Shown here piece by piece: positions 51,801 through 60,025 of a stretch of 64,000 bases of DNA. Position 1 is the first letter of the stretch; every line of letters begins with the position of its first letter. Under the pieces are notes generated by a model, which saw nothing but the letters and a program-made list of their open reading frames with translations, did no database searches and was not told the DNA's origin. The stretch is from an uncultured bacterium (GTDB taxonomy: Bacteria > Zhuqueibacterota > QNDG01 > DTFT01): assembly GCA_963736115.1 (NCBI GenBank), contig CAVTNR010000003.1:32001-96000 (forward strand), in the 5' to 3' direction. A program made the translations under genes and the position numbers.

Positions 51801-54094
51801 AGCAGTTCGAAGTTGTAGCCCAGGGTTCGGTACGGGTAAACGACCCGGTAATCCTCCTCGAGGGACTGGAGGAGCACCGCGTTGGAACGGTTCAGCGTTT
51901 CGGGATTCGATTCGCCCTGGTATGAAAGGGCGAGACCGAAAGCATAGAGGAGAATGGGGTTTTTCGGCTTCTGGCCGAGAAGCTCGCCGTACTTGTCCAC
52001 TACCTCGTCGATACGGCCGAGCCGGTGCTGGATCTCCACGTATCCCCGGTGGGCCCGGATGTCGTTCGGGTTCGTGGTCAACGCCTTCCAGTAACGGCTG
52101 GCCGCGAGCGAAGGGTCCCCCTGGTTTTTCAGCCGCTCCGCGGACTGGAAGGCCACGTTGAAAAGCGCCTCCCGGATTGGGCCCTCATACCGGCCGCCTT
52201 CCAACGATCCGAATTCCTTTTGCGCCGACTCCAGAATGAAAATCGCCCGGAGTTCGTCACCCCTGCGGCGGCTGACTTCCGCATGACGGATCCTCGCCTC
52301 CGCGTGCGCCCAGTACTGGGTGGGCACCAGCTCCGGGACGCGTTCGAGCTCGCGGGCCGCTTCGTCATTCCGTCCCGATTCCATCAGCAGGTCCACGATC
52401 GCGAACTGGGCCTGGGCCATGAGCGCCGGGTAATCGGAGAACGACTGAATCATACGGCCGAAATGCGCGATCCGCTCCTCGGCGGAGCCGGTCACCTGCT
52501 CCAGCAGGCGCCTTCCGGAGCGCTCGCGCCACAGCGGCACGTCGCCCAGCTCGCGCAGCACGGAGAAATACGCCTGCCGCGCGGTTTCCTCCTGGCCCCA
52601 GGATCGCAGAAGGTCCCCGATTTTCATCTGCGCCTGTCCGCGGCTGTTCCGGAGGCGAGGGAAATCGGAGAGCACGCGGCCGTACGCGGAGAAGCCCTCC
52701 GAACGGAGACCCTTGTCGAGCAGAAGGTCCCCCAGGAGAATCCACGCATCGGCCCGGATCGCGGGGTCTGCGGATTCGGAGGCGATGAGCCGCCTGCAGT
52801 AGCCGATGCGGTTGTCCGCGGCTTCGGATTTCAGGCCCGCTTTTTTCAGAAGCGCGGTTTCGGTTTCACGGGTTCTTCCCGTATATCCGGAAATGACCCG
52901 GTCGAATGCCATGGCCGCATTCCGGTCATGACCCAGAACCGTTTCCAGTTCACCGATGCGCAGCCAGGCCCTGGCGGACCAGAGCGAATCCGACGGAAAG
53001 AGCGAAGAGATTTTTCTGTATTCCACGATTTGCTGTCTGAAGGCCGCTTCGGTTTCCGATTCCGAAAACCGGAGTTCCGCGTCCGCAGTCATTTCCGCGG
53101 CTTGCGGCCGCAGTCGGATCAGGCCGTTTTCAGGGATGGACCAGATGTCCGGATTCTTCCCGTTGTCGGATTCAAAATAGATCAGCCCGGACCGGCTCCA
53201 GTCGGGCCTGGTATCGTCCGACAACCCCGATGTGATCTGGAATTCGGCTTGCTGAAGTCCTGCCAGACTGTCCGGAAGTCCGCCCCACAGCCGCACCCAG
53301 ATGTGCCCCTGGTCGACCGGGGTGACTTTTCCGTCTCCGTCCGTGTCCGAATCCCGGCGCACGAAAGCGATGCGGTCCGAACCCGTGGACCAGCAGGCGC
53401 GGCTGTCGAGCGCGGGGCCTTCCGTGACAGCCGTAATCCGATGGATCCCGATTTGACCGTCCGCCCCGGATCCGAGTTCCAGGAGAGCGATGTCGCCGCC
53501 GGGATCGCGCAGGAATGAGGTGAATAGAATGGAACGGCCATCCGGCGACCATGACGGATCCGTGCCGCCGTTTCGGGTGAGAGGCTCGGATTTTTTCGTC
53601 GCAGGATTGAGAAGCTGGAGATTTTGGAGCCCGCCCTCATCCGATACATAAACGATTCTCCTACCGGCGGGGGAGAAGCGCGGACTGCGCTCCGGTCCCA
53701 GGCGGTCGGTCAACGGAACGGGATCGCCGGATGGGGCGCAGCCCTGCCTGGGATCAACCCGGACCATCCACAGGTCGCCTTCCGCGTCGCGGCGTCTCGA
53801 GGCGAAAACGATCGTCTTGCCGTCCTGTGACCAGGCCGGATCGAGGTCGTCCGCCTCGTGCGTCGTGATCCGCACGGCGTCCCCGCTGGGCAGGCGTTTC
53901 ACCCAGATGTCGGGGTTGCCGGAGCGCTCGGACACGAACGCGAGCCATCTGCCGTCGCGCGAAACCGAGGGTGCAAAATCGGCCTGGGGGTATACCGTTA
54001 CCTGCCTGATTTCAGGCATTTCCCCGGCCGCGAAAACCGCGGACGCCCATGCGACGATCGGGAGGACAAAGATTTTCGTGCGGCGTGTAATCAT
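45860..54094 (-). CDS. Giant exported protein: PD40/TolB-like beta-propeller, TPR arrays, two CHAT (caspase-like) domains
   Basis: Signal peptide; repeats PSVSRDGRWLAFVSERSGNPDIW, PAWSQDGKTIVFAS, PSWSPDGRSILF; long Ala/Leu helical repeats; C-terminal IVPHG.L..LPF, VVHFACHA, VALSACETG, SMWKVDD, ALRRAQ, HP..WAAF.L.G. Confidence 0.88.
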   Translation of the reverse strand: MITRRTKIFVLPIVAWASAVFAAGEMPEIRQVTVYPQADFAPSVSRDGRWLAFVSERSGNPDIWVKRLPSGDAVRITTHEADDLDPAWSQDGKTIVFASRRRDAEGDLWMVRVDPRQGCAPSGDPVPLTDRLGPERSPRFSPAGRRIVYVSDEGGLQNLQLLNPATKKSEPLTRNGGTDPSWSPDGRSILFTSFLRDPGGDIALLELGSGADGQIGIHRITAVTEGPALDSRACWSTGSDRIAFVRRDSDTDGDGKVTPVDQGHIWVRLWGGLPDSLAGLQQAEFQITSGLSDDTRPDWSRSGLIYFESDNGKNPDIWSIPENGLIRLRPQAAEMTADAELRFSESETEAAFRQQIVEYRKISSLFPSDSLWSARAWLRIGELETVLGHDRNAAMAFDRVISGYTGRTRETETALLKKAGLKSEAADNRIGYCRRLIASESADPAIRADAWILLGDLLLDKGLRSEGFSAYGRVLSDFPRLRNSRGQAQMKIGDLLRSWGQEETARQAYFSVLRELGDVPLWRERSGRRLLEQVTGSAEERIAHFGRMIQSFSDYPALMAQAQFAIVDLLMESGRNDEAARELERVPELVPTQYWAHAEARIRHAEVSRRRGDELRAIFILESAQKEFGSLEGGRYEGPIREALFNVAFQSAERLKNQGDPSLAASRYWKALTTNPNDIRAHRGYVEIQHRLGRIDEVVDKYGELLGQKPKNPILLYAFGLALSYQGESNPETLNRSNAVLLQSLEEDYRVVYPYRTLGYNFELLESHQQRERARKQPVAVRAAKTLVSPATWLFGALPFGKKRTETGYLEKAIDALTEAIELNDESADPAMETALTQNLANNFYHLGEFGYTRALQHYKRRLDLDTVFAGLEQKATFHERAGHAALYMDDFDFSARCLETAVATYSAMGREEAALISLGRLALLRQRSGRYEDAVPLYLSLAQKDENAGRLDRLELDYRNVAYNYHLLGESEDALRFARKAESLMAGRKISPGKPDKNYLRLGLFGFSVPVWGMEELGRASAAGFTPADEMAFVLSLISRSAESLNQYGPSISAEKKRLELFRGGKERLGERISLNRLGLLHFKAAAYDSAWRHFSESYEASLKAKDGPGQWANAVNLGTAAVVRYSLNGDVSDITAAKNILKAALEGFDGNHSPAAGDPPVSASDRASAHGTLGTLYTVLSRTCASQPEGIPLEAAVRLSLQSLAWTSEADRQFRAGLDLAGENGRTRAILLAQSAELDRFLGEHASAEAKLRESRELLIRLGDGEMLWRAEAGLADLLASASADPDSGRLNEAVILFRSAMDRLELLPIEENTADIRRMDREARGDLYVKASEALVRSGNALEGLRIAERGRQKRVADILMRRPPDLRKERHKIAWGNLRFTRALLSEKRNEILAASALKTRPSHMRRLKNEEKRLESDFAAQMQSLENEDGLLAYLAGALPPDAEARIASLGPGEGVLCYLSGPDRTTAWFASTDTVAAAVLPFGRRLTASAVQAWADSLRAGAPADSASRRLLCALVLPFSPMLASCGRITVIPDESLWFLAFDRVLESEAVSRAVVDYAPSLAFLGLASDRKKINQRTCAVLGQSSDRGLAGAGRSAGLTETSRFGPDATETEFKSMLKSADFVDIATWILPNPEDPMGSSIVLQPGSSDDGYFRAEECFSIDATANCVFLPPASGSADSGWSPELFSWGFLYAGAPSLVWTAWPVRPEIRRTFMRAFYSAVDTLSFASAVRKAAVVTAAAHPESRDRSAFRLIGFPGMDSEERSAFASENQARFVLQARGLEEKTEHADAVIVYEKALSLTEMMGDSVGVARIEQEIVRSSMRGRNWQKAVFYQNRLLGRAERTANTSGLVSGFRNLSVFHMNAGDAEAAATAKKRQIALLDSLSRNGDAFTAFEDMAFIRAGQRLYGQADEWMVKAVDRRQSSGDLAGLARALVLRGRFRLEADDTWEARSLLTAGVAGLDSLKDRPGAENRLRFDHASGVQLLGIACEKLSRFDEALSLQKKGIELFRSLNRFPQTVQGMQYLTNVHWKMGSLATALEHQNRILDTLRNSGDQKRIGMAYGTLGLIHLSFGDTVQAKIAEQRALDAVGTEPRLQEDRAAYLKNLGLIALREDRKDRALFYFTRAMEIDSALNLQSGLAYDRRNIGGVLLAQGRWAEGKTLLAKALELYRGMSDRKNAALSLYGVAIATERSGDIRIGLALLDSAIAESSGPDGADLAWQMYGQRAVWLARSGRADESLAEIRTAVDAAEHAAGGQGMESFRLGDFEKPQDVYDEAIRLSLDAGRPEEAFAYAERAKAFPVVKLLSGRSDLFTGSRRGWMEKINRSQSAVLEARNRPARDSSPAVETDSGDSLSGTAAIAGELGRLESEHRALLDELRRSDPDLASIVSVETCRPDDIRLILPDSTALIEYVTGRKELFICVVRKEGLRWRRVDQPFEELESLISKFRSSIQSNLSPDIEAKALYLKLIDPITADLTGISGLVIVPHGVLAGLPFGALQNAAGETLIDSRSISYAPSADAFRLSLARSDRGPSGRRLSGSVFAAANPDLGEERLNLPFADKEVRSLKRSFGAVNAFSGLSATRKTFSDHAAAATGVVHFACHASYVPEQPLSSALLLSPSGVDDGRLSAADAFGASLKCGLVALSACETGLGKGGTEHGVSSFTWGFMTAGAPSVLSSMWKVDDLASAVLMKRFYRYVRAGHSRAEALRRAQLLVRNAVDSHPSAWAAFELSGDFR

Positions 54095-54648
54095 TTCCGG
54101 ATCCAGGTCCCGTCCGTTTTTTGTGTCCAGGTTCCGTCCGGCGAGTTGTCCTGGTACATTTTCGCGAATACCCCGGCCACGTCGGCCGGTACGGCCCGCT
54201 TGAGCGCGTCATTCAACTCCACCACGCGTTCCAGGATAACGGCGCGGTCGCTATTCTCCTCCGCGATGATTTCTTCCACAAAACGCTTCTCTTCCGCGCT
54301 GAAATCGGAATCCGCGGCTGCCCTCGGGACGAGACGGCCGTCATTCGTTTCGCCGACCCATCCTTTCCGCTTGAACTCCTCCACGTCGTCGCGGTTGAAC
54401 GCCTGCTGCTGGAGGGCCTCGAGGGATCGCCGTTTTTCCGGGGACATGATCGGCGATTCCGGAGCGGGAGCCGCGGCACGGGTCGAGGCGGCCATCCAGG
54501 TGTCCTCGCGCATCAACGAATAGGTTCCGAGTATTTCCTTTTCCAGTGATGTCTTTTCCCCGGTCACGTTCACCACCTCGGGAAGGCGAACACTGCACGA
54601 GAGGCAGGCGGCCAGAATCGTCGGCCCGATCAGGAATTTAATCTGCAT
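54091..54648 (-). CDS. DUF1318 (YdbL-like) lipoprotein
   Basis: Lipobox LSC; K..GWVGETNDG.L, ENSDR, GTWTQ..DG.W..K pattern; ATGA overlap with the CHAT gene. Confidence 0.78.
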   Translation of the reverse strand: MQIKFLIGPTILAACLSCSVRLPEVVNVTGEKTSLEKEILGTYSLMREDTWMAASTRAAAPAPESPIMSPEKRRSLEALQQQAFNRDDVEEFKRKGWVGETNDGRLVPRAAADSDFSAEEKRFVEEIIAEENSDRAVILERVVELNDALKRAVPADVAGVFAKMYQDNSPDGTWTQKTDGTWIRK

Positions 54649-54661
54649 CGGTCACCCCGAA

Positions 54662-57600
54662 TTATTTCTCCGTGAACAAGGCCATATTCTGCATCATAAA
54701 TTCCACGGACAGACGTCCGTAGATGATCCTGTCCGTCATATTCAGCGGAACGAACCATGGTTTCTCGATATACAGCGAGGGATAGACGAATCCGTGGCGT
54801 AATTCGAAGGAGAAGACGCGCGGCTTGTACCAGAGATTGAGCAGGCGGCGCGTCATCCGGATCGAGGCGTCGGTTCCCTGTGGATCGAGCCCCTGGAGGA
54901 GCAGGTCCGTGAACTGGGGGCCGATCCGGGTGATGTTGAGCGCTCCCACGGCGTTCGACAGGGAATCCGGACCCAGGCCCCGGCCGGTGAAGTCCAGGCA
55001 TGCATCCAGCTCGGATTTTTCTCCGACCCTGTCGGTTTTAAGCAATGCGGCCGAATTGATGCGGGCTGCGGTCGCCCGGACCGCATAGGTCATGGACTCC
55101 GGCCGGCCGTTGTTCAGGTCGAGACGGAGGCTTCCGGCCAGGTTTCCGCCGAGAAGCCGGGCGCTGAACCGGGGGACCTGTATCATCCCCTGCCCGGCTG
55201 ACACATCCAGCCGGATGTCTTCGATGCGATAGTCGGCCGCGCGTACGGACGCGATGGAGATTTCCGAAATGCCGGGGAACAGGCGTTTGAAAAGGCCGCG
55301 ATCCGTTTCATAGGCCATCGGCGGGAATACGGTTTTCCGGGCCGGAACGAGAAGCCTCGCCTTCAACGGATCCGCTTCGAATTCGAACGGGATGCGGCCC
55401 CGGATGCCGAGGACTTCGACCAGAGGCGGACTGAAAACGGCCAGGGAATCGGAGACCAGTTCTCCGGAAAGCGTCAGGCGGCGGGGATTCGAGTCGTCGG
55501 TGTTTATGGAACAGCCGCCGGACGCGTCTCCCAGAACGAGCAGGAGCGGAGCGAAGCGGACCGAATCGGTTGAAGAGAAAACAAAGTCGGCCCGTCCCTT
55601 CAGGCCCGGGAATGCGCCGTCGAGTGTCGCGTCCAGGCCGGCCTTGGCCTGCAAAGCGAGATCCGGGACGGAAAGACTCAAATCCCTGACGGACAGGCGA
55701 TCCGGCGCATCGAAGGAAAACCCGAAGGCGGCCGTCGAACCGGTGATCGGTTCCGGCCGCATCCGCGAGAGAGTCAGGTCCCCAGCGGTCAGGGAACCGC
55801 TTCCCTCCAGGCGGCTGCTGCTGCCTGAGAAATCCACGCGGCCGTCCAAGCCCGAGACCCGAATGAATTGCAACGGCAGAAGCATGCCGGCATCCTCTAC
55901 GGTCAGGCTTCCCCTGATCTCCACAGCATTCGGGTCGCCGCCCGGCGCGGTTCGGATCGAGGCGTTCAGCCGTTCCGCGCCGAATGCTGTGATGCCTTCG
56001 AGTATTTCAGCCAGCGTGTCGGGCAGAAATCCGGGCAGGGCCGCGTTCCGGATCATGGCGTCCTTCAGGGTGAAAGAGAAGCCGGCCCGCGAAGGATCGA
56101 TTTCTCCGAAGAGCCCGGCCGTGATGCAGTCCAGAGCGCGGAAATCGGTCTTTTCAAGGACCCATTTCCGGAATGCGTTTTCAGGCCGCCACACCATGTC
56201 CGCGTCCAGCCGGACGGGTTTCAGGGTTTCGGTTTTTCCGCCGTACGGATAGCGGACGGACGGAGCCGAAGCGTACAACGAGACATGAAAGAGGCGGCCG
56301 GCCGAGGGTTTCACTTCGATTCCCGCGTCAAAAAGGCCGGAAAGGCCCGGAGGAGCGGCAGGCAGGCCGGACAGGTCAGCGTCGGCCAGACGAACCGAGC
56401 CCACTACGGACAGGGAATCCGGGGTTGCATTGCCGAGTTCTTTCGCGGCCCAGGTCGCGTCCAGATTTACGGATCCGCCGAACAGTTTCTGAACGGAGCC
56501 GGTCAGGGTGCCGGCCGTGGGCATGCCTTTGTTGTCCAGAATGGCCATGAGATCCAGGCTTGATTCGTCCGCTGTGACGGAAATGGAATCATTGATCGCG
56601 TATCGGAACCGGGGAATGCGGAGCGAGCCGGACGCTTCAGCCCTGCGCAGTCCTTCTGTGGAGGCATTTCCGCTGAACCGCAGGCTTGCTTCACCGTTTT
56701 CCAGTTTTATTGGAGGAAGCGGACTGCTCATCGTCAGTCCTCTGATTCCTGGCGCGATGCTGAATCGGATGTTGTCCAGGGCGCCTTTGACGTTTCCGAC
56801 GCCCAGGTCCAAGGTTCCGCGGATTTCAACAGGCCGCAAGGCTTTGGACAGGGTGTCCGGCAGATATCGCAGCAGAACGGGCTTGAGTGATTCCAGCGGA
56901 AACGGCCTGCCGGACAGAGTGAAATCCACTGAAGGAACGCTGTCCGGCATGGAGAAAAGCCCTTTGGCCTGCACGAGTATGCGCGATACGGCTGTCACGT
57001 CGCATGAATCAAGTAGGATTTCTTCGGCAATGCCTTTTCCCTTGATTCGGAAAAGGATGCCTGCGACGTGGCCGGAGTCGGCTCCCGCGTCCAGTAGTTC
57101 CGCTTTTCCGCCGAATGTCCACCGGCCTTTTCCGGCCCAACGGAAACGCATGTCCGCTTCAGGACGGAAGAGGAAGCGTCCATGCGCCGCGACCACGGAC
57201 AGGCGGGCGTTTTTCGCGAACAGGCGGATGTTGCCGTGGACATTGTCCACCGATTGGCCGGCTTCAGGCGGCACCCAGAGATTGTCCGCTTCGAGATTCA
57301 GTCCTTCCAGATCGATTCCGGAGAGGGATGGGGAGCCGGGAATGACAGCGCTGAAACTGAAATCGTGGAGTTCGAGGTGCCGTATACCGATGCCGAGCGG
57401 AAGCGTTTTCGGGGGTTGCTTGGGCTCGGATGGTTTCACGGCCAGTTCACGCAATGCGGTCATGAAACTGTCCGACAGCGCGAGGTCGGGATTTTCCACG
57501 CGGATTTCGGATATGGAAAGCTCGCGGCGCAGAAGGGGGGCGATACGGAAACGGACGAACAGCCGCTCCAGCTCAAGGAAGCGGACGGCTTCCGCTTCCG

Positions 57601-57865
57601 GGCCGGTCTGAACGGAAACCCGCACGTCCCTGAAATCCAGACGGCCGGGCGTGCGCCAGGCGAGGCTCCGGATTTCCACGGGCCACCCCGCGGTCCGGCT
57701 CTGTGATTCAATGAAGGAGAGAATGCGGCCCACAGGGAAGAAAAGCCAGAACGCGATCACCATCAGCGTGACCGCGGCTGCGATTCCCGCGATGGCCAGA
57801 GCCGTAATCCGGAGAATCCGGCGCAGGCGTTTTTTCTTCAATCGGGCGGCCAGAAGCCTAGTCAT
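54662..57865 (-). CDS. AsmA-like / YdbH-like bridge protein with an N-terminal membrane anchor
   Basis: Basic N-terminus plus one TM helix; L.LERL.VRF...PLLRR.L.I.EI.V.NP AsmA-type start; about 1,000 aa of amphipathic beta strands; C-terminal F.A.LLGG.L.G; directly upstream of DUF1318. Confidence 0.7.
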   Translation of the reverse strand: MTRLLAARLKKKRLRRILRITALAIAGIAAAVTLMVIAFWLFFPVGRILSFIESQSRTAGWPVEIRSLAWRTPGRLDFRDVRVSVQTGPEAEAVRFLELERLFVRFRIAPLLRRELSISEIRVENPDLALSDSFMTALRELAVKPSEPKQPPKTLPLGIGIRHLELHDFSFSAVIPGSPSLSGIDLEGLNLEADNLWVPPEAGQSVDNVHGNIRLFAKNARLSVVAAHGRFLFRPEADMRFRWAGKGRWTFGGKAELLDAGADSGHVAGILFRIKGKGIAEEILLDSCDVTAVSRILVQAKGLFSMPDSVPSVDFTLSGRPFPLESLKPVLLRYLPDTLSKALRPVEIRGTLDLGVGNVKGALDNIRFSIAPGIRGLTMSSPLPPIKLENGEASLRFSGNASTEGLRRAEASGSLRIPRFRYAINDSISVTADESSLDLMAILDNKGMPTAGTLTGSVQKLFGGSVNLDATWAAKELGNATPDSLSVVGSVRLADADLSGLPAAPPGLSGLFDAGIEVKPSAGRLFHVSLYASAPSVRYPYGGKTETLKPVRLDADMVWRPENAFRKWVLEKTDFRALDCITAGLFGEIDPSRAGFSFTLKDAMIRNAALPGFLPDTLAEILEGITAFGAERLNASIRTAPGGDPNAVEIRGSLTVEDAGMLLPLQFIRVSGLDGRVDFSGSSSRLEGSGSLTAGDLTLSRMRPEPITGSTAAFGFSFDAPDRLSVRDLSLSVPDLALQAKAGLDATLDGAFPGLKGRADFVFSSTDSVRFAPLLLVLGDASGGCSINTDDSNPRRLTLSGELVSDSLAVFSPPLVEVLGIRGRIPFEFEADPLKARLLVPARKTVFPPMAYETDRGLFKRLFPGISEISIASVRAADYRIEDIRLDVSAGQGMIQVPRFSARLLGGNLAGSLRLDLNNGRPESMTYAVRATAARINSAALLKTDRVGEKSELDACLDFTGRGLGPDSLSNAVGALNITRIGPQFTDLLLQGLDPQGTDASIRMTRRLLNLWYKPRVFSFELRHGFVYPSLYIEKPWFVPLNMTDRIIYGRLSVEFMMQNMALFTEK

Positions 57866-57997
57866 TCTGGTTCCAATTTTTCTGGATGATCCGAGATTGG
57901 GCTTCTGGCCGCTCCGACGGGCCTGATGCCCCGCCGCTTGCGGCGTCGAGCATCCAAGTTTCTTGTGATACCCCGCTGCTTGCGGCGGGGTCCTTCA
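57840..57997 (-). repeat. Dispersed structured repeat, family A, copy 3
   Basis: Reverse complement matches 9607-9764; begins at the kamA stop codon and overlaps the start of the AsmA-like ORF. Confidence 0.85.
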
Positions 57998-59065
57998 ACG
58001 TTCCGGTCCGGCAGGCGCGGGGTATCGATACTCCGCGCCGAGATAATTGCGGAAGATCCAGTCGCCCTTTTCCTTCCGCAGGGTGTAGCCCGGCACGAGC
58101 GGCACCTTGCCGCCGCCGCCCGGCAGGTCCACCACATAATGCGGCAGGGCCAGTCCCGTCACGTGACCTCTCAGCTTGTCCATGACCGCCAATCCGGTTT
58201 CGATGGTCGTCCTGAAATGGTCCGTGCCTTTGGTGAGATCCGTCTGGAGCAGGTAATAGGGCCGCACGCGCATTTTCAGAAGGCCGCGGAAAAGAGCGGC
58301 CAGAACGGAGGAGTCATCATTAATGCCTTTCAGCAGGACCGTCTGGTTTCCCAGCACGGCGCCCGCATCCGACAGCCGGTTGCAGGCCTGGGCGGCGGTT
58401 TGCGTCAGTTCAGCCGGATGGTTGAAATGCACGTTGATATAGAGGGGCCGGATTTTTTTTAGTATTTTTGCGAGGGACGGGGTCACGCGCGACGGCAGAA
58501 CGCAGGGCATGCGCGTTCCGAGTCGTATGGTCTCGACATGCGGAATTTCGCGGAGCCTGCGGAGTATCCACTCCAGCCGTTCGTCAGACAGCATGAGAGG
58601 ATCTCCGCCGGACACCAGCACGTCCCGAATCGCAGGCGTCATGCGGATGTACCGGATGCCGTCGTCGATTTCCCTGACGGATACGGCTTTGCCGCGGCCG
58701 ATGCGGCGCTTGCGCGTGCAGAAGCGGCAGTACACGGCGCAGACATTCGTCACGGTGAACAGGACGCGGTCCGGGTAGCGGTGGGTGATCTGGGGGACGG
58801 GGCTGTTGGCGTCCTCGGCGAGGGGGTCGTCCATGCCGATACAATCTTCGAGTTCACGGGGGTCCGGAACAACCTGATCGAGAAGGGGCCTGCCGGTTTT
58901 CACGGCCAGGTCGAGGAAATACGGATTGATCCGCATGGGATACGCATCGGTTACGGGCTTGATTTTCAGGGGGTCTATCGGAATTCGTCCGGCCAGGGCC
59001 TTCGGAGTCTCCACCGAGCGGCGAAGAAAGTCTTTCCAGGAGGGGATTTTGGATGTGGATTTCAT
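57995..59065 (-). CDS. KamA family radical SAM protein (lysine/glutamate 2,3-aminomutase-like)
   Basis: THRYPDRVL, CAVYCRFCTRKR, SGGDPL, HFNHP.E, NQTVLLKGIND, VRPYYL, DLPGGGGK (PLP Lys). Confidence 0.92.
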   Translation of the reverse strand: MKSTSKIPSWKDFLRRSVETPKALAGRIPIDPLKIKPVTDAYPMRINPYFLDLAVKTGRPLLDQVVPDPRELEDCIGMDDPLAEDANSPVPQITHRYPDRVLFTVTNVCAVYCRFCTRKRRIGRGKAVSVREIDDGIRYIRMTPAIRDVLVSGGDPLMLSDERLEWILRRLREIPHVETIRLGTRMPCVLPSRVTPSLAKILKKIRPLYINVHFNHPAELTQTAAQACNRLSDAGAVLGNQTVLLKGINDDSSVLAALFRGLLKMRVRPYYLLQTDLTKGTDHFRTTIETGLAVMDKLRGHVTGLALPHYVVDLPGGGGKVPLVPGYTLRKEKGDWIFRNYLGAEYRYPAPAGPER

Positions 59066-59131
59066 AATAGTGTCGCTCTGAGCTATGCTTACATGCTTTG
59101 CCCCTGAAGAGCCTCCCGAAGGAACGTTCCC

Positions 59132-59431
59132 CTACTCCTCCCCATCCCCCAGCTCCTTCGCCATCACCCAATGCTTTTTGTCATCGAGTTTGGTGCCGCG
59201 ATCGCAGTACATCTCGAAGGCGGCGCCTGAATCCGTACGTACATGGAAATAATTACGGTGCCTGCGCGTCCGCCAGGTCTTTTTGTGGGCCAGGGGAGAG
59301 AAATCGTAATCCTGCCATTGGCGGAGCACGGAAATCACCCGGTATTCCCGTCTCTTCCATTTGAAAGAGACCGGCACGCCGCCTTTTTCCGTTTCAACCG
59401 TTCTGAGGGGCTCGCAGATGAACCGCTTCAC
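59132..59431 (-). CDS. DUF6504-like small protein
   Basis: P..F.W..REY.V..V...W.D...R.YF.V.T..G..FE.Y.DR...W pattern. Confidence 0.65.
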   Translation of the reverse strand: MKRFICEPLRTVETEKGGVPVSFKWKRREYRVISVLRQWQDYDFSPLAHKKTWRTRRHRNYFHVRTDSGAAFEMYCDRGTKLDDKKHWVMAKELGDGEE

Positions 59432-59712
59432 GGCAGTTCTTCCAGCACAGAAAGCACGAGATGCACGTCTGCTTCCTTGAGCCGGTCGAACAGTTCCTTG
59501 GCTTTTCCGTCCATCTGGATCATGCGGACCACCTCGTCCACGGTCCTTTCCGTGAAGAAGGTGCCGACGTACCGCGTGCCGTTCGACGAGTGCCTGAAGA
59601 TCGTGAAGCGGACCTCGTGACCCGCCCAGTAATCCCTGAAATCGTCCACGTCGGCCAGCAGTCTGCCCGCGTCCTCGGGGTCGAGCTCGAATTCAAGCGT
59701 AATCATTCGCAT
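59428..59712 (-). CDS. Small hypothetical protein
   Basis: 94 codons, GC-rich codon style, 4-bp overlap with the next gene. Confidence 0.6.
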   Translation of the reverse strand: MRMITLEFELDPEDAGRLLADVDDFRDYWAGHEVRFTIFRHSSNGTRYVGTFFTERTVDEVVRMIQMDGKAKELFDRLKEADVHLVLSVLEELP

Positions 59713-59765
59713 ACGTAAAATTAGGAAAAATAAGGGAAAAAGGAAAGGGGAAAATGCAGATTCCG

Positions 59766-59801
59766 AACCTCCCGCGGGCTTTTACCAGCCTGCGGGAGGT
59801 T
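59766..59801. repeat. REP-like inverted repeat
   Basis: AACCTCCCGCGGGCT-tttacc-AGCCTGCGGGAGGTT; shares AACCTCCC/GGGAGGTT with 41950-41982. Confidence 0.5.
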
Positions 59802-60025
59802 GAAGGTTGTCGTCCCGAGGCACGTTTCCTTGCTTTGCCCACGAAGGATCTTTGGGAGGAATCCTAGATTGCCCTGAATACCGAAGGTCCCGGGCGAGAG
59901 ACGAAATGCTACAAACAGACCGAACCAAATTTGTAGTCGTCGATTAAATCATCAAAAAAGACTTGATTTTTTCCGGATAGATTCCGTTGTTATATGGTGC
60001 TTGTCATTTCCGGAGAAAACGGACG

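Noticed and set aside
45860-54094. CHAT protease as part of a CRISPR type III-E or gasdermin system
   Set aside because: No Cas7-11, Csx30, gasdermin-like or array sequence is recognisable, and the protein has a signal peptide.
57995-59065. Calling the KamA protein EpmB or a definite lysine 2,3-aminomutase
   Set aside because: No efp/epmA or lysine-fermentation genes nearby; the substrate cannot be determined from the sequence.
59870-59935. Hammerhead-like GTC...GACGAAA motif
   Set aside because: The required CUGANGA core is absent (CTGAATA / CCGAAG) and the flanking stems are not convincing.
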